This document shows, piece after piece, positions 50,744-63,182 of a DNA stretch of 64,000 nt. The notes beneath the pieces were generated by a model that had not been told where the DNA came from, searched no databases, and saw only the letters and a list, made by a program, of their open reading frames with translations. The position numbers and the translations under genes were made by a program. The stretch's first letter is position 1. Each line of letters starts with the position of its first letter. Source of the DNA: Chiloscyllium plagiosum (lineage: Eukaryota). The DNA lies in NCBI RefSeq assembly GCF_004010195.1, contig NC_057728.1, positions 44,082,569 to 44,146,568 of the forward strand, read 5' to 3'.

Positions 50744-51509
50744 ACTAACAATTAATGTTTTAAAAATAAGTCTCTCTCATGTCTGGAGAGTAAAAAATAT
50801 GTCATTTATGCTGAACTGTTTTGGTCTAGATGTGATGCAGTCCTGTCTTTCAAAGGGCAATAATGTCAATAACGCTTCATTGTGAATTCACAGACAAATG
50901 TAAAAGGTTTGTCCCTCTTTTACAGGAAGGTTGTTGCCCCTTCAAAATCCCACAGTTTGTTTTTCAAACGCATTTCATATTACAGAATTGAAACTTTTAA
51001 AGGAAGTCATTCACTTTTCAAAAAAATTTTGAATGGACAACTGGGACTAGTTAGTCAAAAAGAATAATGGGAAGTTGTTATAGCCTTGCTTTATGAATAT
51101 GGATGATGCTTTTTCTTAGAATTAGGCCTAATGATGGGCAGCTGCCTGTTTGTCAGCAGGAAACTGAAGATCAGAAGTTCAGTCTTTAGGATGCTGCTAC
51201 AATCTGTGTCCTTCAGTTGACCTAAAATCCTTAATTTTCAAGGACTATAACAGTTACTCTCAGTTCTGGCGAGTGTTTCAGCTGTTAACTGATTTTCTCA
51301 CATTTTTGCAGGTTCTGGGAATATGTCAGTGCATGAGTTGAAATGTTGATTGTATTTCTGTGCAAGGAAAGAGATATTTTATCGAAACTCAACAGCAAGA
51401 ACTTGGCAATGGGACAGACTGATAAGTATGATTGGTACAATGTTTAGCCACTCATTGTTGCATTTTCCATTCGCAAGGTATCTGAAATGAAAATAAATTC
51501 CATCTAATA

Positions 51510-52055
51510 CTTATGGAATATTGCGTGCAGTTCTGGTCTCCCTCCTCTCGAAAGGATGTTGTGAAACTTGAAAGGGTTCAGAAAAGATTTACAAGGATGT
51601 TGCCAGGGTTGGAGGATTTGAGCTATAGGGAGAGGCTGAATAGGCTGGGGCTGTTTTCCCTGGAACGTCAGAGGCTGTGGGGTGACCTTATAGAAGTTTG
51701 TATAATCATGAGGGGCATGGATAGAATAGATATAAGAGGTCTTTTCCCTGGGGTGGGAGAGAACTAGTAGGAATAGGTTTTGGGTGGGAGGGGAAATTTT
51801 AAAAGGGACCTAAGCAGCAACTTTTTCACACAGAGGGTGGTGTGTGTATGGAATGAGTTGCCAGATGAAAGTGGTGGAGGCTGGTAACAATTACAACACT
51901 TAAAAGGCATCTGAATGGGTATATGAAGAGGAAGGAATTAGACAGATATGGACCAAGTGCTGGCAAATGGGACTAGATTAGGTTAGGATATCTGGTCGGC
52001 ATGGACGAGTTGAACCGAAGGGTCTGCTTCCATGCTGTACATCTCTATGACTCTA
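51510..52055 (+). mobile_element. CR1/HER1 LINE 3' end
   Basis: ORF 51513-51767 MEYCVQFWSP..KLERVQKRFTRMLPGL..; HER1 tail ending ctctatgactct. Confidence 0.9.
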
Positions 52056-52154
52056 AGTTTAGAAAGTGCTACTAAATGCTGTTTTGTTTTTTGAACTGAC
52101 TAAGCATCTGATGCATATGAAACCTTGTTACAATTTTTGAAAATCATCCAACCT

Positions 52155-52445
52155 AGGGTGGGGAGCATAGGTTTAAGGGGTGAGGGGAAAGATTTAAAAA
52201 GGACCAGAGGGTCAACTTTTTCACACAGAGCGTGACGCATGTATGGAACAGGCTGGCAGAGCAGGTGGTGAAGGTGGATACTATTACAATATTTAAAAGG
52301 AATCTTCATGGGTGTATGAATAAGAAGAATTTAGAGGGATATGGGCCAAATACTGGCAAATGGGACTAGGCCAGATTGAGGTATCTGGTTGGCACAGATG
52401 AGTTGGATTGAAGGGTCTGTTTCCCTGCTGTATGACTCTATGACA
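52155..52445 (+). mobile_element. Second CR1/HER1 3' end, in tandem orientation
   Basis: Paralogous to 51770-52055; ends (tatgactc)n. Confidence 0.85.
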
Positions 52446-52821
52446 CTAACCAAGTATTGAGAAAGCTGTAGACACAGGCTCTCTGATTGCACCATATAGA
52501 GCACCCACTGACTCCATGGAGGGAGTATCACACTTCTGCATGGAGAGAGTTTTGGCATTGATATATATGATCCCAGATCTATTGCCCTTTGGTATGCAAA
52601 GGGATACTGCTTGTATTTAATTAGCTAATTGCATTGTCTTGTTACACAGAGATTTGATTTATCCAACTGGGATTCCCTTTTGCTGCATAGTCTTGCAGAG
52701 TTATCAGAACTGTTTGTGAATAATATAGCAACCTCATCTCAATGACAGTTCTACCTTAGTTCTTCTTAATTAAGAACTGGCTGAGATAAGGTTCCAAATA
52801 TGTGTCACTTATAATAACTTC

Positions 52822-52968
52822 TGTGGGTTTTTGAGAAGATTTGTAGCTCAGGTTGAGGTTCTGGATGACGTTTGCTTGCTGAATTGGAAGGTTCATTTTC
52901 AGACATTTTCAGACTAGGTAACATCATCAGTGAGCCTTCGGTGAAGCACTGGTTTTGGTGACCCACTT
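52822..52968 (-). mobile_element. Family D Penelope-like fragment
   Basis: Minus strand ctcaCTGATGAtgttacctagtct..GAAAatGTCtga; stem II damaged. Confidence 0.45.
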
Positions 52969-53242
52969 TGTAATACATCCAGAATTTTTCTGGACTTGAG
53001 TTCGATGTTTTGTGGAGATGCCTGGATTGTTTTAAAAATCAATGAGTGGACAACTGGATTTTGTAAACAAAAAGACAGTTCTTGGAAATCACATGGTTTC
53101 AGATAAATGCTGGTCTTGGTTGCTTGAACTCACTTCAGGGAAAACACCTGACTATTTTACAAGAGGGTTGTACTACTGTTTTGTTTGGACAGAATCTTCA
53201 GGATTAGAATTTGTTGTGAAATCTTCAGTTGTTTATTTCTGC

Positions 53243-54002
53243 AGTTCTGAAGAAGCCTCGCTGGACTCGAAATGTTAACTCTCTTTTCTTTCCACAGATG
53301 CTGCCAAACCTACAATAATACAATGTACAATACAATACAGCACAAGAACATGCCCTTTAGCTCACCAAGCCTGCGCCAATTCCTAATCCTTATTGAACCT
53401 ACTACTTACTGCCCATACATGATTTTTATTCCCCTGTTTGCCTCCCTGCGCTTCTCCTGCAAACTTTCCTCCTCCCACCTTGAATCTGTGCCCTCTTATA
53501 GTTGACCATTCCACCCTGGGAAAAAGCCTCTGACTATATGCCCTATTTTTGCCTCTCATAACTCTGTAGACCTCTATTAGGTCGTCCCTCAGCCTCTGTT
53601 TTTCCAGTGAAAGCAATCCAAGTTTGTCCAACTTCTCTTAACTAGACCCTTCCAGACCACACAACATGCTGGTAAACCTTGTCTGCACCCTCTCCAAAGC
53701 ATCCACGTCCTTCTGGTTGTGTGGTGACCAGAACTGTATGCAATAGTCTAATGTGGCCTAATAAAAGTTTGAAACAGCTGTAACATAGCTTTTACATTCG
53801 ATGCCATGGCTAATGAAAGTATGCATGTTGTATGCCTTCTAGACTACTGTATCCACCTGTGTTGCTGTTTTCAGGGAACTGTGGACCTGTATGTTTAGAT
53901 CCCTTTGTATATCAATGCTCCTAAAGGTTCTGCCATTCATATTTTTAATTTGCACTTGAAGTTGATCTTCCTGCTGCATTTCTCCAGCATTTTCGGTTTT
54001 TG
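53243..54002 (+). mobile_element. Family C element split by a CR1 insertion
   Basis: ...cacagatgctgccaaacc (53310) resumes as ctgctgcatttctccagcatttt (53971), collinear with the intact copy at 60940-61042. Confidence 0.7.
53311..53969 (-). mobile_element. CR1 LINE 3' fragment
   Basis: ORF 53383-53631 DKLGLLSLEKQRLRDDLIEVYRVMRG; (tacaa)n tail. Confidence 0.85.
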
Positions 54003-56674
54003 GTTGTTTTAGATTTTGTGTTTAACTTTTCAGTTGAGGAAGTTGTATCAGCTTGTATCTCCTGTTTCTGAAATGCAATTTCTGTGAGATCAGGGTGAAA
54101 CCTGGAAGAATGACTGAAAGAACTATTAAATATTATATTTCCTGATCAAACTGAGTCTGCTATGATCTAAGAGATAAATGCATGATTTGTGATTTGATCG
54201 CACATGCAAAGCCACCCAGATTGACAGAATTCAGAACATTCTGTTTTCCCTTCAAGAGTAACCACCAATGGCCAGAAAGTGTTTCTTAAAAGTGAAACTT
54301 TGGAGAGAGAAATCTATTTTATGTCCTTTACCTGAAGTGTATGTGTGTTTGTTTCTGTGCTTTATATTTCATAGAGGGGTAATTATTTTCACGTTACAAG
54401 TTTTGTGTATTCACAAGTGCTGCATCTTCATTAAATAGGTTTAGTTTTATAATTAAACAACAACTTTGTAATTATTAAACCAACCCAGTTGATGAATTTT
54501 TTCATTCTAAATTCAATTGATTATATTAGGACTCAGGTAAAATATTTTAATTCTATGTTGCAACCTGTGGAGCAGGTGACTGGAGTAACAGTGCACTCCT
54601 TTCATCTCAGTTGTAACAGTAGGGATTAATGATTCATCTGAAGAGGAATGACTCAGTTCCAGTATTTTGTTGCCAGTTGTTTTAAAGTTTACTTGACCAC
54701 AAAAGAACTGTTTATTCCTTTCCATCGCTCTAAGGGGGTGGGAATGCGTGATGTGTGTGGTAAGTTTTATTAAAATGTCTTTCAACATTATTTCAATTGT
54801 TAAACCACTTATTAGAGGTCTTTATCTGCAATGTAAAGGTCAGAAAATAAATTCCAACGCAATGTACAACGCAAGCAGCACTTGTAGAGAATGCAATTTT
54901 ATTTTTCTATTATATAACATTCTACACAAATATAGTCGTACAATGGATTAATGTTCATAAAACTTGTAAGCAGGCACCAGGATCACAGGATTAACCCACG
55001 TCTCTGCTTAACTTAGAAGCACACATAGCCAGCATGCTAAATGACAACATGCCTCAGCAGTGCGTTCTACACCAGACAGCCAGGCGATAAAGGATAAAAG
55101 TAGAGCCTAATCTTTAATCCAGGCGTGCACCTCCTAACCCAACAACCACAATTTCAGTCTGCCTCTATGTATAGGAGCCCAAGAGAATCTCAGTTAATGC
55201 CCACCATCTGAATACAATTAAATGCTTAATCTCTGTTCAGTTAACAGATTCACTTCTCTCTTTAAACAAAAGTTAGTTTATATGTGCGACCAAAATTTTA
55301 CATAAAGACCCAAAAGCCTCCATATTCTGTACAAAACGTTACATGGTGAGACATCCCTCCTTTCGGATAATGGCAGAATATCTACATGTGTATTTTGTTT
55401 TGTAACATGTGCTGATGTTTGGTGGTTTGAATCTATCCATTTAATTTTAGATATTTTGTTTTGAATTTGTTTAATGCCAATAAGATCAATCCTCAATCAT
55501 TTCTCATTCACACTTCTCTGTGAGTGTATATTATCCTATTGCAAACAATTATCTACGTGATATTCATCAGGAATCCTTGCAGGATGCCCAGTGTATGGAA
55601 TGTCACTTAAGTTATTTGACAGATTGAATCTTATACCCGATTTCTTTCGCAAAAGAAACAGTGCTTGAGCAGCCAGTGTACTGTGAGTGCAAGCAAAGGA
55701 CATTCTCTCTTATCCCTTAAAACATATGGTTCAATCAACTGTACTAGAACATTACTATGCAAAATGCAAAGCATTTATTCAAATTTAACTTTCTTAAAGT
55801 TTATTTGTCCTTAAAAATTCTTAATTTAAGTTGTTTCATCTTAGCACTTAACTCCAACACATCGAAAACAGCATCTGGTCAAGTCTGAATGCATAACCAG
55901 TTTGACTGATCAATTAAACTTAACAATTAGTGTGTCTCTTTTATTGGGCTTAACATCATCTTTGAGTGACATAGCACAATTACCTGGGATGGGAATAATA
56001 CTTTGTAATTATGACTGTTGATTTATCCAGACCGACTCTGCTTTATATCTGAGCCAGCATATTTAAAAGTCTCAGAAGTTTGTCTTCCAAAAGTGAATTC
56101 TGCTGTAATATCGTTAATAATACATTTCTCAAATGTTGCAGTACTACCCATAAGAAATCAACAACATACTTCATAAAGATACTTAAAAATTTCCTTTATG
56201 ATGCAAACAAAATACTGTAGGAAGACGTTCAGTTGAACTCAATCTATCCTCAACAAAATTCAATGGAAAACACATCTCAGAAGCATTATTAATGGCATTG
56301 TTTAGTTGCCATAGCCTTCCTTTGAATCTGATGCCTGTTTAGATTGAGCCAGAGTCAGTTCTTTCTGAAAAGTATAGTCCTCCAGCAACATGGCTTTTAT
56401 ACTGCTTTATTAACACTTCCATGAATATGTTTCCAAAGTAAAAAAATCCATATTACCTTTTTATCTGTGGGAGAGTCTGTTATAACTTCAGTATTAACCA
56501 CTTACCCTTCAAAATTCTGAGCTATTAGCCTTGAGTTACAAATCCTCTCTGCAAGTTCTATCCTTTCATAGAAATCTACCTATTTGAAGAATCCATCTCT
56601 GTGACAGTTATTTCACTGTGTAAACTTTCCAAGTTATAGTCTAAAATTTCACTTATAAGTCTGCAGTAAATAAT

Positions 56675-57225
56675 TTAAGACCATAGCATATCGGAGGAGA
56701 ATTAGGCCATTCAGTCCATCAAGTCTGCTGCACCATTCAATCATGGCTGATATGTTTCTTAACCCCATTCTCTTGCCTTCTACCCATAACCCTTGATCCC
56801 CTTAAAATCAAGAACTATCTATCTCTGCCTTAAATACACACAATAATTTGGCCTCCACAGCCTTTTGCAGCAATGAGTACCACAGATTCACCGCCCATTG
56901 GCTGACGAAATTCCTCCTTGTTGCATTTCTAAAAGTTTGTTGCTTCACACTGAGGCTGTGCTCTCCGGTCCTAGTTTCTTCTGCTAGTGGAAACATCTTC
57001 TTCACATTCACTCGATTCCAGCCTCTCACTATTCTGGAAGTTTCAAACAGCTCCCACCTCATCCTTCCAAACACCATCGAGTACAGACCCAGAGTCCTCA
57101 ACTGCTCCTCATGTGACATGCCCTTCATCCACAGGATCATTCTTGTAAAGTTCTTCTAAACCTCTTTAAGGCCAACACATCCTTCCTTAGAAAAGGGGCC
57201 CAAAACTGCTAACAATATGTCAAAT
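56675..57225 (-). mobile_element. CR1 LINE 3' fragment
   Basis: ORF 56808-57140 (LGLYSM..RRNFVSQWAVNLW..FKAEID) plus tail. Confidence 0.85.
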
Positions 57226-59539
57226 GTGTGATACTTTTTACTAAGAGATCACTTTCTTATATTATCAGAAATTCTGTCTCCACATTGTGAAATTTTTTGA
57301 TACAACAGTTACTTCCAGCCTCATTATCTAACTGCCAGTACCTGCACTGTCCATTCATATTCTTCTCTCTCGCACCCCATTTTGCCAGTCAGTGCATCTC
57401 ACTTCTTGGCTTTTTTTCTGAAAATTCAACTCACATTTAAAATTAGCAGTAGTTTTTCCTGCATGCATCAAAATTTTTTCATCTCTTCATTTACTGGACC
57501 CCTGTGGAAATATATGTCATTCCAGCAGCCACTCCAGGCAATCGGCCAATAGATGTGATAACTCTGTGTGTCATAATCACTCACGTTATGACAATTCAGC
57601 TCTTGATCTACGATGTTCTGTTCTTCAGTATCCTCATCACAAAACACATAAACACGAAATGTAAAAGATGGGGGTTATTTCTATCACTGCTCAGAGACAG
57701 AGATTTTGAATTTAGTTCTGATTAATGACAAGAAATGTGTCCAAAGAGTTTGAATGACATGTTTGATTAGAAGAGACTCGCTATTATGGTCTATTACTTT
57801 GCCAGAGCCTTTTCAATCTCAATGGTCTTCTTTTTCATAAAATATAGAATTTGGTGAACTGAAATCTATTTTAAAATATCAAATATGATACTTAAATGTT
57901 TTACAAATTTTCTTTTTGATATTAGCCTTGATAAAGTCTCTCTGCCTGCAAAGCAGTCAAATGTGTTGAAAAAATGAACTATCTTGAGCAAGAGGACTAT
58001 AACAAAAAATAAGACAGTTTGGATTTCATCCATAGACTGATTGAGTCTCTATCCAGAATTCTGTTCACATATCACCAATCCAAGGCAGTGATCAATATTC
58101 AGTCTGGTTGATCAACTAAAATTTTATGCAGCCTTTTATCGATCACAAATGATTCCTTTAATAAAGACCATAGTAAAAGGACACCTAGCCTCTATACTAA
58201 TGCCCATGTTATTTATGTTTTCACACGTACTTTGAACTTATCTTTGGCAAAATCAATTCCAGTGTTTGTCAAAAACCTTGCTGATGTCCCAAACAATTCC
58301 CTTTCCATTTCTCCAAAGTCTTGTACATTATAATCCATTTATCCTGACTATGTATTAGTGTGAAATATCAAATATATTAACTGGATCAATAAAATGTAGG
58401 ATGAAAATATGTCTGCTTTTGATCTTCAGATCCAGGATAACTACTTAATTAAAGCCATGTGTCAATGGAAAGATTGCAACGGCATGTAGTGGCATCCTGT
58501 CATACATATTACAGATTTTGTTTCTCACTAATCTTTTCTATTAGCAATATGAACTTTTCAACAATCAAGTTGCTGATATGGTTAGGGTTAGGATTAGGAT
58601 TTGCAGGATTTGTTTAACTTCTTAAATAGGATGAACATTGTCCTTATGCCTTTAAAACAATTTGTTTTCTTTTTTTCTTATTCTTATCACTTGATGCCAT
58701 TAATATCTGGCAGACCTTCAGAAAGAAAAAAATAACAGGTTTTATTAAGAAGCTATAATGTACTGACTAGGTACATTGCGGAACATCTGATTTCCCCAAA
58801 TTATTTATTGTGCCATGTCAAGTTTCATTTATGTCTTTCCTATTATTCTTTAAAGATGGATATCTCACTAGAAATTCTATCAGCAAAATGACTTCTTCAA
58901 GCAGACCTAAAGCAAGTAACACTTTCATTTTCTTTAACCTTGCACAAATTCTCATTATTTAATTAATCAAGATAAAAATTTGACCAATTTATCTACGTTG
59001 TTAAAATACAAGCACAATCTAATTTTGTAGAATTGAAGGATTCAAATGTCTAACATTTCTGCCACAGTAATAAAACTCCTTGTGACCAATATAGTTGATT
59101 CCAATTCAGTATTGTCTTCTTCCCATTCATCAGAGTTCTTTTCATCTTGTGATATTTCAAGGACTTTGTCTCTTCACATTGAGTAACTCACTGCAAACTT
59201 AGACTTTGAGTCATTCCTGAAGTACCTATCAACGCTTGTTTTTAGTATGAATTCAGCTGTTTTTTTTGTTGCAACTTTGTCATTAGCTGTAATAGCTTTT
59301 AAAGATGTTTTCAGCCTGATTCTGTCTGTTTTTAATCCTTCTGCTGTATTGATACTTGTGTTCAGTTTCTGGCCTGTTAATTGTTGCCAGATTTTGAAAG
59401 TTTTCTATTCTTTGAGTCACAGATTGCCCTGCACTTTCCAATCTCTTGTACAACCAGAAGCAGCAAGTTGTGACAGTAGTGGCTGCCTTCCCTTACCCCC
59501 AAGGAAAAAGCCAAGCTCACTATAATTGGAATGGATGTA

Positions 59540-59803
59540 CAAGCATATGAACAAACAGCAGGAGTGAGCCATTTGGCTCCTCGAGCCTGTTCTGCCATTT
59601 AATAAGATTATGGCTGATCTGATTGCAACCTCAAATCCACATTCTTACGTAGCTTTATTAACCTTTCATCCCCATGTTTAGCTAGAATCTAGTATTTAAG
59701 GACTCTGTCTCCACCAGCTACACAAGAAGAGCATTTATGATCCCCGTCAACAAAGAAAATGGTCTGATCTCTGTTTTAAATGGGCAGACCCTTATTTTAA
59801 AAC
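59540..59803 (-). mobile_element. CR1 LINE 3' fragment hosting the 59804 insertion
   Basis: Reverse tail gcaggagtgagccatttggctcctcgagcctg. Confidence 0.7.
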
Positions 59804-60125
59804 TGGTCAAGGGGACAGTGTGACCTGTCCGGACTTGTCCGACCTGCCTAGCTCCTTTTCCACCTATCCTCCACCCTCTCCTCCCTGACCTATCACCTTC
59901 ATCTCCTCCCCCACTCACCTATTGTACTCTATGCTACTTTCTCCCCACCCCCACCCTCCTCTAGTTTATCTCTCCATGCTTCAGGCTCTCTGCCTTTATT
60001 CCTGATTAAGGGTTTTTGCCCGAAACGTCGATTTTACTGTTCGTCGGATGCTGCCTGAATTGCTGTGCTCTTCCAGCACCACTGATCCAGAATCTGGCTT
60101 CCAGCATCTGCAGTCATTGTTTTTG
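59804..60125 (-). mobile_element. Family A (variant) element with an extra ~200 bp pyrimidine-rich extension
   Basis: 14-bp TSD CCTTATTTTAAAAC at 59790-59803 and 60126-60139; 60001-60125 is the reverse complement of 46078-46202. Confidence 0.8.
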
Positions 60126-60939
60126 CCTTATTTTAAAACAGCAAGCCTTAGTTTACTGAGGCAGTGGCCAAAAACGGAGTTAAAAACAAATGACAATATT
60201 ATTATAGATAATCCTTCTCCTCACATTCCACTTCCCTGTCATTCCATGATCTCTTCTGGTTTACAAATAGTCAATGGTGTCACTTCTTGCTTCCTCACTT
60301 TTCTCCCCAAATCTATCCTGCTACCTCATTGGGTAGTAATGGAAGAACAAGGAGACAGTGATGATGAGGTGTCACTGTCACTTGAGCTCACACTCATAAT
60401 TATCAACTGAAATTCTTACGCTGTGCATAATTTACAGAATAGCGTACAGGTAGGATCTGCATGTGGTGAGACACCCGGCCTGAGTGTCCTACGGGAAAGG
60501 AGGCCAGCACGGCTAGTGCTCCTTCTAGGTTTCACATGGGTTTTGCTGAGAGAACACAGATGAACGTTTTAATGAGACAGACCATGAATTAAGATTGTGG
60601 TGTATACACAATGAACCACTCACTGTATTGAAAGGCCTCCCAAAACCTGCAATGAATGTCAAGACACATGCCAACTTTGCATAGAGCTTAGCACCTGTTC
60701 TTTCCAGACTATGGTGGTCAGTCATCATCACATTTGTAGATCCTATCGTGATAAAAGCATCTCATGTCTAACATCTCAGCTTTCACTGAAACACAAAGAG
60801 AAGCTGTGCAACCTCTGATTGTTTCAGTTGGAGCTTAGATTGTTGCTCGTGTGGTGGACACTAGTGCAGAAAGGGGCTTGTAGACTTTTACAGCAGTACA
60901 GTGATCTGTTTTCCAAAGATTTCTTGGATTGCTTAGGTA

Positions 60940-61042
60940 CTAAAGTTCTGAGGAATGGTCACCGGATTTGAAACGTTAACTCTGATTTTTCTTCACAGAT
61001 GCTGCCAGATGTGCTGAGCATTTCCAGCAACTTGCATTTTTG
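60940..61042 (+). mobile_element. Family C Penelope-like short element
   Basis: 11-bp TSD TTGCTTAGGTA at 60929-60939 and 61043-61053. Confidence 0.75.
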
Positions 61043-61267
61043 TTGCTTAGGTATTACTGTAGGGGATAGCCAGTGACTCCAATGATCTGTCCTCTCTCAA
61101 GGTAACGGTATTGAGCCCCTCTCTGAGTACTGCCACTCTGCCAGTACCTCAGATGTCATCTGTCTGCCAGTCAACCCAGCTTGCTACTGCCAATGTAGAA
61201 ATGATGTGGGTCAAAGCTGGCCAGAGCTGCTCAAGGTCATTTTGCAAAGCTAGTTACACTTCCACTG

Positions 61268-61588
61268 AGGGGCGGCACAGTGGCTCAGTGGTTAGCACTG
61301 CTGCCTCACAGCACCAGGGTTCCAGGTTTGATTCTGGCCTCGGGTGACTGTCTGGGTGGAGTTTGCACATTCTCCCCATGTCTGCGTGGGTTTCCTCCGG
61401 GTGCTCCGGTTTCCTCCCACAGTCCAAAGATGTGCAGGTTAGTGAATTGGCCATGCTAAATTGTCCATATTGTTAGGTGCTTCATTCAGAGGGAAATGGG
61501 TTTGGTTGGTTTACTCTTCGGAGGGTCGGTGTGGACTGGTTGAGCCAAAGGGCCTGTTTCCACACTGTTGGGAATTGAATCTAATCTA
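61268..61588 (+). mobile_element. Full-length HE1 V-SINE
   Basis: GGGGCGGCACAGTGGCTCAGTGGTTAGC A box, B box, V core and HER1-like tail. Confidence 0.92.
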
Positions 61589-63182
61589 CTTATGATGGAT
61601 GCTCAGTCGGCACCCACAAACGTCTTCACCAATATGCCACCTGCCTCGACTCACACTAATCAAGTGTGCGCACATTGTAGACACCACTTGGAACTCATAG
61701 GCCATGTGTTACACCCAAAAACCTGGTGGTGTACAGCCAAACATTACACTGCTTGTATTTCAAAGATGTGTTTTAAATCATATGAAATCATTTTTACAAC
61801 ACCAAAGTGTTTTCCTCCAGTTATATTACAGTTTTCTTTAATTTTTCAAAAGTATCCTGCACTGCAGAAGAGCATGCTTATTTACTTGCTGTAGTTTGGT
61901 GAGATACTGAGGCGTTTGTTTCCCCACAGCTTTCAGACACAAATCAATAACATATGCTCTGAATGTTTGCAAAATATCACATTGTTGAAACAAACCCAAA
62001 TTTAAATTGATCAGAACCAAAACTGGGCTCCTTGATGCAACAGCAGGTGATAAATATTCTGATAGTATTGACGATAAACCATTCCATGTAGCACGACTCT
62101 GTCTTGTGTCTCGTGCCATGATTACTGGCAAAGTACAACTTCAGAACTAAATATTAGTCGAATCCTTCACTGACACAAATGAACATTAGCAATTCCCACA
62201 TTTATGAGGTATTAAAGTGCTCCTGTGTGCTCAATATACTTTAAAGGTGTAGGCCCTGTTTCTCATTAGTGCACGGAAGCGACTTATTGCTCTGTATACC
62301 CAGAGACTTCTGTGTTTATGCTACACCCTTTTATGCTAAGTGCCACTGCAAACCTACAGTATACAGGTCTGGTAGAGGTTGTTTGACAATGCAATAAGGC
62401 ATAATGTTGAATACTTTTTGTGTGGTACCAAAATATATGATGGAAATTGGTGTGTGTGTGTGTTCAAATGTTAAAATGAACAGTGATTTTGTGTAGCTTC
62501 TGTGGCTGTTTTATTGATACTGGCTGACAGTTGTACTGCGCAATGCAATTATGTTGCAGCAAAATAACTCTTTGGACCCAATTCTAAACAGCAGACAGCA
62601 AATTTGCGATTCTACACTTCGCTCGGTTTTAATTGGGTGTGCAACTTAAAGGCAGATGAATCCTAATTAGAATCTGAATATTGGCAACCAATACAAAGTT
62701 TTTGGTTCAAGTGCACTCCTTTTCTTCAACATGACATGAGTGATACGGATAGAAAACAAGAATAATATCTTTTGCATATTGACGTCAACACTGATTTCAA
62801 AACCACTGCTCTTATGTTTTCGTACAGCAAATATGAGTTACATTCTAGTGTTATCATTTAAACCTACTCAAATCCAACTCTGTTTTTTCATTTGTCCCAA
62901 TACCATGGCCTTCTTAACATGCACCATTTCCATGTAAATTACTCATGTCTCCCTGTCACAGACTTTACAGTTTGTTCTTACCTTCTTCCACTGGCCACTT
63001 CTCAGCCTCCACCTGAATTTGTTTTAACGTATGATAGAATCCATTCTATTAACTCAGATGTTGGACTTCGAGTATATCCGGCACTTCTTGTTTATATTTC
63101 AGGTTTCCGGTCTCCCTACTTTATTTTGCTTTTGTCTAAGCATTATTTGCTTTACGTTGAACTGTTTGTCCTAAAATGAGGA

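Larger units (their letters stand above)
52969..54618 (+). mobile_element. Decayed LTR-like segment containing nested insertions
   Basis: TGTAA...TAACA ends; 3' part similar in character to 14270-14360; no TSD seen. Confidence 0.3.

Noticed and set aside
58580..58600. Interstitial telomeric repeat (ggttagggttaggattagg)
   Set aside because: Only about three imperfect units; compatible with chance or a microsatellite.
61590..61730. CxxC..H-containing ORF (61568-61894) as a zinc-finger gene
   Set aside because: More likely a decayed RTE-type LINE C-terminus; no gene structure.
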